Source: an uncultured SAR86 cluster bacterium (GTDB lineage Bacteria; Pseudomonadota; Gammaproteobacteria; Magnimaribacterales; D2472). From it: a stretch of 64,000 nt of DNA. Position 1 is the stretch's first letter; each line of letters starts with the position of its first letter. Location of the stretch: contig CACEAP010000004.1 of the NCBI GenBank assembly GCA_902557645.1, forward strand, positions 11,803 to 75,802, written 5' to 3'. Positions 36,159 through 44,703 of the stretch are shown here, one piece after another. Made by a program: the position numbers and the translations under genes. The notes below the pieces were generated by a model. That model made no database searches, was not told where the DNA came from, and was given only the letters and a program-made list of their open reading frames with translations.

Positions 36159-38960
36159 ATGAAAATTTTGTCGAAACTTTTATTAAGCTTTGTTATAAGC
36201 TTTACAACGTTTGGTTCTTTCAATATTTCTGCACAAGAAGTAGAAGAAGTTGTTGTTACAGCAACAAGAAGGGAAGAATCAATTCAAGATGTTGCTATTT
36301 CTATTCAGGCTTTTAGTGCTGATAATTTAGCTGCTGCACAAATTACAGAAAGTGCTGACCTTGCTGATTACATGCCTGGATTTAGTTATGCGCATGGAAT
36401 TGGATCAGGTTCTGCAACTGGCGTTCGAGGAGTTGCTGGTGCAGCTATCGGTGCTGGAACCACAGCTTCTGTTCAAATGGCAATTAATGGCCATGGTTTA
36501 AATGCAAGTGCATTTGGTGAAATAGGCTTTCTTGATGTTGAACGTGTTGAGGTCTTAGCTGGTCCTCAAGGAACTTTATTTGGTCGTAATGCTGTTGCTG
36601 GTCTAGTTAATCTAGTTAGCGCAAGACCAACTGAAGAAATGGGTGGTTATGCTAATTTTGAAATGGGTAACTATGGTTCAGAAAGAATTAGTACTGCTGT
36701 AAATATTCCTTTCGGAGACAATGTAAGAACAAGACTTGCTTATTCATCATTTATGAAAGATGGTTGGATTAAAAACGTTGGTACTGGTAATGACCTTGAT
36801 GGTCGAGACGCTTATGGTGTTCGTTTATCAGTTGATGTTGATCTTCCTAACGAAGCTTTACTAAGATTTAATTCAGCGCAATACTCATCAGATGATAATA
36901 GATTAAATGTTGCTGGTACGTATTGTGCTAGAGATTCTTTTTATGGATGTTTGCCATGGGAAAAAGGTAATCTTAATGAGCCTTATCATGTTGCCGGAAC
37001 TGTGGGTGGTCTAATAGACGTGCTAACTTTCTTATCCCCAAGTGTTAATGCTGATCCTTACGCAAATACTGTTTACACAACAAGTATTGATACAGTTAAC
37101 AAAAATAGAGATCCGCACAGAACTCAAGTTATTGAGAATTCACAAATTCAATACATTAAAGATCTTGATAATCTTACTTTAACTGCAAAATACTCATACT
37201 CTACTAGAGATTATGATCATAGAGATGATAATGATCATTCAAACTCAACTGAGCCTTTTGCAACTGCTTTAGGTATTGTTCCTGGATGGGATGTTCAGTT
37301 TGAATGTTTCCCTTCTACTACTGTTACCTCAACAGAAGCAGTTGAGTGTTCACAAGCAGACGAAGTAACAAGACAAGCAGAATTTACTGTGGTTTCTGAC
37401 TATGATGGTCCTCATAATTTCTCTGCTGCTGTATATCAATGGCAGTCTGATTTTGATAATGACTATCATGTACAAACATCTAGTTATCAAATGCTTAGAG
37501 ATTTTGAACTACATCCTTATATGGCTAGCCTTTTTGGTGGAGCACTTAATGATTTAGGTGGTGCTGCGGCATGGACTGTATTTGGTGGTGTTTTTGCGGC
37601 AGTTGCTCCTTCTTTACTTGGAGGTGTAATTGATTTACCAACAGCTCTTGCCCAAATTACAGGTGGTACTTTGGCAACATGTGGTACCTTGGGAGGATTA
37701 TGTGAAAGAAGTCTTCCTAATAAAATGGGTGGATTAATAACTGACCAAAATGGTATAACAAAATCTACTGCCTTCATGGGTGAATATTATTATCAAATGA
37801 ATGAAGATACTAAATTTACTTTTGGTCTTAGATATAATGATGATACATATGAAAGTACTATATTTAGTTCTTTATCAGATATCTCTAATACAAACTACGT
37901 ATATACAGGACCTGATTATTCAAGAACAAATCCTGGAACTTCAAGAGAGCAAACAGAGAACAGTGCTTTAACATATAAGCTTGCAGTTCAGCATAACCTT
38001 TCAGATGACAGTATGGTGTATGCATCTTATGCAACTGGTTTAAAAGCTGGTGGTACATCACCTAATGAATTCTCTATTCAGGTGCCTTATGCAGAAGAAG
38101 AATCCGCATCACTTGAAATTGGTACAAGAAATATTCTTATGGATGGTAGGTTATTATTAAATGCTACATTATTTGAAATGGATGTTACTAACGGGCAATT
38201 AGGTCTTATTTATAATGCTGGAGCTGTTAACAAAACCTTTGACTATGTAAATACAGGTCTTGAAGGACAGATGAAGTTCTTTGCTACAGATAATACTGAG
38301 ATTGAATTTAACTGGTTAGCTTTAGATTCAGAAATGGGTGAAGCGCTTCAAGATGATCCTCTTAACCCTAACCAAGCAACTACTATCCTTGGAAAAGGAA
38401 GTGGAACTGCTGGTTTAACAGCACTTTTACAAGCTATTGGAATGGATGCAGCTACAGCTGCTGGAACTGCTGCTGCTGTTGGCGCACAGTTACCAAATGC
38501 GGGTCTTACTAACTGGGCATTAACTGATGCTGGAATCCTTGGATCTTATCAAGGAGCATTAATAACTATTCCTGGTTTAGCTGAGATTGTTGGTGTTCAA
38601 TTAGCAGGCAACAGATATCCTGGAACTACAGAATTAGATTACAACCTTTCAATAACTCAGAGATTCCCACGTGATGGTGGAGCTACTGACTTAAGATTGT
38701 CTTATATTCATAAAGGACAAAGAGAAGGAAGTATATTTAATATTGATAAATTCTCAGTTCCAGAAGCTAAATATTTTGATATGACTGTAATCTATACGCC
38801 AAGCTCTGAAGAGTGGTATGTAGGTGGTTTTGTTAAGAATATTGGTGACAAAAGATATAACATCGGTACAGAGCAATCAAGTACACTTCAAGGTGGTATG
38901 TCTCAAGTAACTTATGCTCAACCTAGAACATATGGTTTAACATTTGGAATGAATTTCTAA
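36159..38960 (+). CDS. TonB-dependent receptor with Gly/Ala-rich loop insertions
   Basis: Signal peptide, EEVVVTATRRE TonB-box/plug region, VEVLAGPQGTLFGRNAVAGLVNLVS, C-terminal ...YGLTFGMNF. SD AGGGGA upstream. Confidence 0.9.
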   Translation: MKILSKLLLSFVISFTTFGSFNISAQEVEEVVVTATRREESIQDVAISIQAFSADNLAAAQITESADLADYMPGFSYAHGIGSGSATGVRGVAGAAIGAGTTASVQMAINGHGLNASAFGEIGFLDVERVEVLAGPQGTLFGRNAVAGLVNLVSARPTEEMGGYANFEMGNYGSERISTAVNIPFGDNVRTRLAYSSFMKDGWIKNVGTGNDLDGRDAYGVRLSVDVDLPNEALLRFNSAQYSSDDNRLNVAGTYCARDSFYGCLPWEKGNLNEPYHVAGTVGGLIDVLTFLSPSVNADPYANTVYTTSIDTVNKNRDPHRTQVIENSQIQYIKDLDNLTLTAKYSYSTRDYDHRDDNDHSNSTEPFATALGIVPGWDVQFECFPSTTVTSTEAVECSQADEVTRQAEFTVVSDYDGPHNFSAAVYQWQSDFDNDYHVQTSSYQMLRDFELHPYMASLFGGALNDLGGAAAWTVFGGVFAAVAPSLLGGVIDLPTALAQITGGTLATCGTLGGLCERSLPNKMGGLITDQNGITKSTAFMGEYYYQMNEDTKFTFGLRYNDDTYESTIFSSLSDISNTNYVYTGPDYSRTNPGTSREQTENSALTYKLAVQHNLSDDSMVYASYATGLKAGGTSPNEFSIQVPYAEEESASLEIGTRNILMDGRLLLNATLFEMDVTNGQLGLIYNAGAVNKTFDYVNTGLEGQMKFFATDNTEIEFNWLALDSEMGEALQDDPLNPNQATTILGKGSGTAGLTALLQAIGMDAATAAGTAAAVGAQLPNAGLTNWALTDAGILGSYQGALITIPGLAEIVGVQLAGNRYPGTTELDYNLSITQRFPRDGGATDLRLSYIHKGQREGSIFNIDKFSVPEAKYFDMTVIYTPSSEEWYVGGFVKNIGDKRYNIGTEQSSTLQGGMSQVTYAQPRTYGLTFGMNF

Positions 38961-38978
38961 TTTGTTAAGTTAAAATTT

Positions 38979-39008
38979 AAAAAGCCCAGTTTAACTGGGC
39001 TTTTTTTT
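38979..39008. terminator. bidirectional rho-independent terminator between convergent genes
   Basis: A5 + stem AGCCCAG(T)/(A)CTGGGCT + T8. Confidence 0.7.
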
Positions 39009-39015
39009 ATCTAAA

Positions 39016-39705
39016 CTATATATTTATTGAATCAAAGGGTTCTTCTATTACACCAGTATTTTTAAAAGAGACTATATAAGAATTCTTTTTATTTCCAAAA
39101 TTAACAGATTTTATTGGCTTACCATCAATTAAATGTAAGGCAGCATGGCCTTCGATCCCTATACATTCTGTTAGATTATTTTGAACTAGTTGATCTTTTA
39201 CATATGGCCTTCTGCTAGGCTCTTCGTCATAATGCGGGCAACATATACCATCAACAAAACCTAAACAATTTAAAATAGCTAAATTATCTGCCCATGAGTC
39301 TGTTATACCTTTATCAAACCAACAAATTGCACCAGCACTGACACCGCACATTATCACCCCTTGATCATATGCCTCCTTAAGAAGCAAGTCTAAACCCCAT
39401 TCCTTCCATACTGCTAGCATACTCTTAGTATTTCCACCGCCTACAAATATGATATCTTGTTTTCTAATATGATCTTTTAAATTGATTGTTCTTTTAAAAA
39501 AGTCTATGTGAGTTGGATTACAATTAAGTTTAGTGAAAACGTCATAAAAATTAACTTTATAAGCATCATTATCTCCTGTTGCTGTTGGAATAAAGCATAC
39601 ATTAGGATTCTTATTATTTTGTTGCTTAATAATATATTCCTCTATTTTTCTATCTGAAGGGTTTCTTCCAAAACCCCCTCCGCCAATTGCAATAATTTGT
39701 TTCAT
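39016..39705 (-). CDS. peptidase S51 / type-1 glutamine-amidotransferase-like protein (peptidase E family)
   Basis: IIAIGGGGF, FIPTATGD, IIFVGGGNTKSML, and nucleophile region CGVSAGAICWF. Confidence 0.8.
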   Translation of the reverse strand: MKQIIAIGGGGFGRNPSDRKIEEYIIKQQNNKNPNVCFIPTATGDNDAYKVNFYDVFTKLNCNPTHIDFFKRTINLKDHIRKQDIIFVGGGNTKSMLAVWKEWGLDLLLKEAYDQGVIMCGVSAGAICWFDKGITDSWADNLAILNCLGFVDGICCPHYDEEPSRRPYVKDQLVQNNLTECIGIEGHAALHLIDGKPIKSVNFGNKKNSYIVSFKNTGVIEEPFDSINI

Positions 39706-40377
39706 CTAAACATTCCGATTAAATTGAATTATTTTTTGTTTCCACTTATTTGTAAAAAAATCAAATTCATGGCCTTTAATTGTAAATTCCTTGAATATTA
39801 AATCTCTATCAATCATTAAAATTACAACTTGTTTAATATTTGTACTAAACATTACATTATGTGCATTTGCATAAGCGCAACCCTGAAGAAAATAATCCTC
39901 TATCCATTCACGGCGTTTAATTCGTTTTGCAGTTTTAAAATCAATAATTGATGGCACACCTTTTACTAAACCAACACAATCAGCCGTGCCGGCATACAAA
40001 CCATCAAGTATAAGACCAACCTCAAGACCCCAAGCTTCGTCTATAGAATTAAGTCCATCTGTTATGAATTTGTTAGTAATACTTTTTGCTATAAGGTCTG
40101 TTCTTTTTTCTGAAAAATTATCCCATTCATTGCCATTTAGATATTCTTCAATAGCCTCATGAACTGCTGACCCAATATCAGTGCTTTCCTTAACCACCCT
40201 CTCAGCTTCTTTTTCTCCAACCCGCTTTTTCCAATCTTCGATTCCTTTTTTAGAAGAAGTACCTGATAATATTGTAGTAACGCTAGGAACTGGGGTCCCA
40301 GTAGAATCTATATAATGACGACCTCTATCGAGATCAACTCTCTCCAAGGTTGGATATTGATATTTATTAGAAATCAT
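39706..40377 (-). CDS. RecB-like PD-(D/E)XK nuclease family protein
   Basis: N-terminal HY.....G...PSVTTIL. Nuclease core GTADCVG-x13-IIDFKTAKR (D...D-x-K) followed by a QxxxY motif (FLQGCAY). No Fe-S Cys cluster. Confidence 0.7.
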   Translation of the reverse strand: MISNKYQYPTLERVDLDRGRHYIDSTGTPVPSVTTILSGTSSKKGIEDWKKRVGEKEAERVVKESTDIGSAVHEAIEEYLNGNEWDNFSEKRTDLIAKSITNKFITDGLNSIDEAWGLEVGLILDGLYAGTADCVGLVKGVPSIIDFKTAKRIKRREWIEDYFLQGCAYANAHNVMFSTNIKQVVILMIDRDLIFKEFTIKGHEFDFFTNKWKQKIIQFNRNV

Positions 40378-42347
40378 TTTTCAATATGCTCATCAAATAA
40401 TTTTTCCAGGGGTAAAAGATCATTTTCAAAATTTTTCCAATAATCTAGACCAGATTTATATATGGGTTGTCTAACTTGCTCTGCACTTGGTGTCTTAACA
40501 GGTCTTTTAGATTTATAAAATTCAAAACACTCTTTTTCAAAAGGAAGATTGCAATATTGAAGCAGTTTTATTATTTCATTTTCAGTATCTGAGACCATAT
40601 TTGCATACTTTACTGTGTAAATTTGATTTGGATAAATACTATGCCAATGATCCATAATATTTATATAGTCATTGTAAAATAATCCTAAGTCCTCTAGATC
40701 GTATGTAAAAAGCTGTCCTTTTGCAAAAAACTGTTTAAAACAGCTAAAACAAGTATCCATAGCTCCTCTGCGTGTATCTATAATCTTGGCATTAGGTAAT
40801 ATAGTTTTTATAAATCCAATATGCATAAAATTATTAGGCATTTTATCTATAAAGAATGGCGCATCGCCCCTACTCCATCTAGTTTGATCAATATATTTAT
40901 TACCCAGCTCTGATATTTGCATTTCTGATAATTTCTTTAAGAAACTAGGATATGCCTCTTTGTTTTTTCCTATTGCTTCAACTTCTCTTGATAGATTCAT
41001 AATGTTAGGCAGTTCTTGAGTTCCATCTACCATCGAATGAGATGAAATAATTTGATCAATTAAGGTTGATCCAGACCTTGGTAATCCCAAAATAAAAATT
41101 GGATCTGGATCATTACACTTTGATTTTTTTATCTTCTTAACTACATCTTTGTTAAAAAACTCAATACTTTTATTTACTCTGTCTGAATTTTCTTGAGATG
41201 AATATTTAATTAATTTTCTTTTAATCCAATTGCCTTCACTGTACATTTTAAAAGATTGCTTAAAATCTTTTTTTACCTCAAAGGCTTTACCCAATGCAAA
41301 TAGTAGCTGAACCTTTTCATTTTCAGAAATATCATTTGATAAAGTTTTTTGCATCTCTTCAATCTGCTTTGATGAAAATTCATATGTTTTTAAGTTAGCT
41401 AAACTCCAATAAGCTTCGCCAGAATTAGGATTATATTTAACAGCATTTATATATGACTCAACTGACTTTTCATTATTTCCAATAGTATTGTATGCATGTC
41501 CTAAACTTAAATAGGCCCTTGGACTATCTGGCTGGAGTGATACACATCTTGAGTATGCGACTATGGCTTCTTTATAACGAGCCATCATAATTAAAATAGT
41601 TCCATAATCGGCCCAAACGCTTGCATTTTTTGGATCTAATGCAAGTATATTATCCATAGATTTTTGTGCTTTATCTAATTGGCCAGACAATCTGTAAACA
41701 AGAGATATATTGCGCCATAAGAGACTATAAGACGGTGCTAGTTTAATGGCTTTTATTAGAAGCTGTTCTGCAATTTTATACTTACCCCCTTTGGTAGCTA
41801 AAATTCCTAATAACCTTAAAGCATCGACGTTTTCTGGATCTTCTTTTAATATATTTGTATAAACTTCTTCTGCTAACTTTACCCTTCCAGCTTTTGCATG
41901 TCTTATTCCTTTATATAAATTTGAATAGGTGGTATTTCTTTCTAGAAATTCTTGAATAACATCATCAGCCTCTTCTTCTTTATCCAGTTCTACCAAAATA
42001 TTACTCAATTGTCGTAAAAGAGAAATATCAGGTTTAACATTTAATAGGTCTTTAAATTTTTTACAGGCTTCATATTTTTTATTTTGAAATAAAAGAATTT
42101 GAATTTCTTTCTCCAAGAGTTCGGTACTCTTTGGATTAATACTCAGTCCTTTTTGAATATAAATAAGAGCTTCAGATGGATCATTTTGCTTTATTGAAAT
42201 ATCAATAATTAAAACAATAGAATTTAGCTCATTTGGAAAAATCTTTAATATCTCTAATAATTGAGCTTTAGCTAGAGATAACTTATTATCATTAATTAAA
42301 TCAATTGCATTTTCGTAGGCATTTTTAGGAGAATCTAAATCTTTCAT
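40374..42347 (-). CDS. TPR-repeat sulfotransferase family protein (copy B)
   Basis: TPR repeats, then GLPRSGSTLIDQII, IDTRRGAMDTCFSCFKQ and KTPSAEQVRQPIYKSGLDYWKNF. Its stop overlaps the nuclease start (ATGA). Confidence 0.85.
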   Translation of the reverse strand: MKDLDSPKNAYENAIDLINDNKLSLAKAQLLEILKIFPNELNSIVLIIDISIKQNDPSEALIYIQKGLSINPKSTELLEKEIQILLFQNKKYEACKKFKDLLNVKPDISLLRQLSNILVELDKEEEADDVIQEFLERNTTYSNLYKGIRHAKAGRVKLAEEVYTNILKEDPENVDALRLLGILATKGGKYKIAEQLLIKAIKLAPSYSLLWRNISLVYRLSGQLDKAQKSMDNILALDPKNASVWADYGTILIMMARYKEAIVAYSRCVSLQPDSPRAYLSLGHAYNTIGNNEKSVESYINAVKYNPNSGEAYWSLANLKTYEFSSKQIEEMQKTLSNDISENEKVQLLFALGKAFEVKKDFKQSFKMYSEGNWIKRKLIKYSSQENSDRVNKSIEFFNKDVVKKIKKSKCNDPDPIFILGLPRSGSTLIDQIISSHSMVDGTQELPNIMNLSREVEAIGKNKEAYPSFLKKLSEMQISELGNKYIDQTRWSRGDAPFFIDKMPNNFMHIGFIKTILPNAKIIDTRRGAMDTCFSCFKQFFAKGQLFTYDLEDLGLFYNDYINIMDHWHSIYPNQIYTVKYANMVSDTENEIIKLLQYCNLPFEKECFEFYKSKRPVKTPSAEQVRQPIYKSGLDYWKNFENDLLPLEKLFDEHIEK

Positions 42348-42425
42348 ATAATTAAGAATATTAATGACCTTGCGAAGGATTGGAATAAGTCGCTAATATT
42401 TATTCCTATTTTACTATCATTTGCA

Positions 42426-43838
42426 ATGTGTGTGTATGCGATTAGCGATCCAGCAACAACTGCATCACAATTATCTAATATATATAGCATTGTTGCTTTA
42501 AAGTTTGAGACTGTTTTTCAATATGGTGCTTTGGTAATTTTACTATTTTTATTATTACTAGCATTTAGTAAAGCTGGATCTAAAAAAGTTAGTATTGCTA
42601 GCTCTCCTAAATATTCATTCTTCTCTTGGTCATCAATGTTATTTGCCTCAGGTATGGGAGCTACTATTTTATATTGGTCACCGATTGAATGGTCCGCATA
42701 CTACAATGACCCCCCTTTTAATCTTGAGGTCGGATCAATTGAAGCAGTTAGAACTATAAATGCATATACCTCTTTTCACTGGGGATTTAGTGGCTGGGCA
42801 ATATATGCTTTACCAGCTGTAGCCTTTGCAATATCAATTACAAAAAACCCCACATCTTCATTAACCTTTGGATCGCTTTTAGTAAGTGATAATTTGCCTT
42901 TTAGTTATTTTTTTAAAACTATACTTGATATTTTTTTTATATTTGGAATTCTTGCTGGCGCTGGCGTTGGACTTGGTCTTTCATTTCCACTAATTGCTGA
43001 AATTGTTGCTACATTTCTAGGAATATCTTCTTCATTGGCCCTAGAGTTAATAATTCTTTTGATCTGCTTGTTCATAATTACCACTAGTGCATATTTAGGC
43101 ATAACTAAAGGCATAAAAAGACTAAGTAATATTAATATTGGGCTTTTAGGTCTCTTATTAATTTTTGTTCTTGTCGCAGGCCCAACAACATTTATTCTAT
43201 TTAATAGTCTTGATGTCTTATTGGTATACGGTACTAAATTCATACAAATGAGTACTTATGTTGGTGATAAGTTTGTACAGGACTGGACAGTGTTTTATTG
43301 GGCGTGGTGGCTGGCACTCGCACCTTATCTTGGTGTATTTTTTGTAAATATCTCAAATGGGAGAACTCTAAAAGAGTTGATTCTTGGAACAATTCTTATT
43401 GGTGGTTTTGGTTCGGTAATACATTTTTTAATACTAGGTAATTATTCTCTTCACTTATTTGAAAACAGTATTTTAAATGTCCCAGACCTATATGCATCAG
43501 AGAAGCCTACAAAGGTAATTGTAGATGTAATACTTACTCTCCCAATGAGTTACTTAATTTTATTTTTATATGGATTAATATCTATCATTTTCTTATGTAC
43601 TACCTATGATTCGTGTGCTTTCATCCTCTCACGTACTGCTATGAGAAGATCAGATATTTCACCCTCTAAAATTCTAAGAATAATATTTTCTATATTATTG
43701 GTTATTCAGCCTGCAATTCTTATGTATCTTGGAGGTGTTAATACTGTAAAATGGATGCTTGTAATTAGTGCTATTCCACTAATTTTTATTAACGTTTTAT
43801 TAATTGGTTATATTATTAAAAATGTACAAAAAATCTAA
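42426..43838 (+). CDS. BCCT family transporter (copy B); true start possibly upstream of the first ATG
   Basis: BCCT signature WTVFYWAWWLALAPYLGVFFVNISNGRTLKEL. The open frame continues upstream to 42339 and encodes a TM1-like segment without a canonical start codon. Confidence 0.8.
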   Translation: MCVYAISDPATTASQLSNIYSIVALKFETVFQYGALVILLFLLLLAFSKAGSKKVSIASSPKYSFFSWSSMLFASGMGATILYWSPIEWSAYYNDPPFNLEVGSIEAVRTINAYTSFHWGFSGWAIYALPAVAFAISITKNPTSSLTFGSLLVSDNLPFSYFFKTILDIFFIFGILAGAGVGLGLSFPLIAEIVATFLGISSSLALELIILLICLFIITTSAYLGITKGIKRLSNINIGLLGLLLIFVLVAGPTTFILFNSLDVLLVYGTKFIQMSTYVGDKFVQDWTVFYWAWWLALAPYLGVFFVNISNGRTLKELILGTILIGGFGSVIHFLILGNYSLHLFENSILNVPDLYASEKPTKVIVDVILTLPMSYLILFLYGLISIIFLCTTYDSCAFILSRTAMRRSDISPSKILRIIFSILLVIQPAILMYLGGVNTVKWMLVISAIPLIFINVLLIGYIIKNVQKI

Positions 43839-44700
43839 TAACTCTAATTATTATTTACATAATTTTTCTTCTTTAGACTATTCGAAAGATTCATTATTAT
43901 TTATACCTGGTGCGGGAATGGATCATAGAATTGTAAAAGACATAAAACTTGATTCGAATAAGTTTAATAACACTCTAGCAATTGATACTCCTCATCATGG
44001 ATACTCAACTGGACCAAAACTTACATCAATTGAGGAATATGCAGAAGGAATTGAGGAAGTTCTTAAAGAGATTGATATAAGTAAATTTCATCTATGTGGG
44101 CATAGTATGGGTGGATTAATAGCTTTAAGAATAGCTTTTAATAAGAAATTAAAGTTTAAATCTATCAATATACTTAATGCCTCTTGTCCAATGTTTGTTG
44201 GTTCAGCTTTATTAGATGATTCTAGAAAAAATTTAGACTCTGCAATGAATATGCTTACAACATACGGAGTAAGTAAAGCACCAAAAGCGAAAGCTAGTGG
44301 CCCAATGTTTGGAACTATGGGTTCCGGATTTTATCAAAAAAAGTCTGATTTAATTAATACTCCATACGGAAGTAAAAAAATTGTTGATAAGTTAGATGAT
44401 GAGGTTGATTTGTATGCTTTAAAGAAACTTTTTAATCAAATAACAAAAGACATCTTAAATAATGATCTAAATGCCTGTAAAAACTTTGTTATTCCTGATT
44501 CTGAGATTAATGAATATAAAGACACAATAAATTTTATCTTAGGTGAAAAAGACAACTTAACTCCAGTAAAGTATGCACAAAAATTTTGTGAGAATTTAAA
44601 AAGTTCACAAATTGTAATTATTGAAGAATTGGGCCATTTCACTTTCTATGAAGACCCTACCAAGCTCTCAAGCGAGCTTGGTAAGTTATTGTCTAGTTAG
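43822..44700 (+). CDS. alpha/beta hydrolase
   Basis: GHSMGG nucleophile elbow and a C-terminal ELGHF histidine region. The track start at 43804 is TTG; the first ATG is 43822. Either start overlaps the BCCT 3' end. Confidence 0.75.
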   Translation: MYKKSNNSNYYLHNFSSLDYSKDSLLFIPGAGMDHRIVKDIKLDSNKFNNTLAIDTPHHGYSTGPKLTSIEEYAEGIEEVLKEIDISKFHLCGHSMGGLIALRIAFNKKLKFKSINILNASCPMFVGSALLDDSRKNLDSAMNMLTTYGVSKAPKAKASGPMFGTMGSGFYQKKSDLINTPYGSKKIVDKLDDEVDLYALKKLFNQITKDILNNDLNACKNFVIPDSEINEYKDTINFILGEKDNLTPVKYAQKFCENLKSSQIVIIEELGHFTFYEDPTKLSSELGKLLSS

Positions 44701-44703
44701 ATA

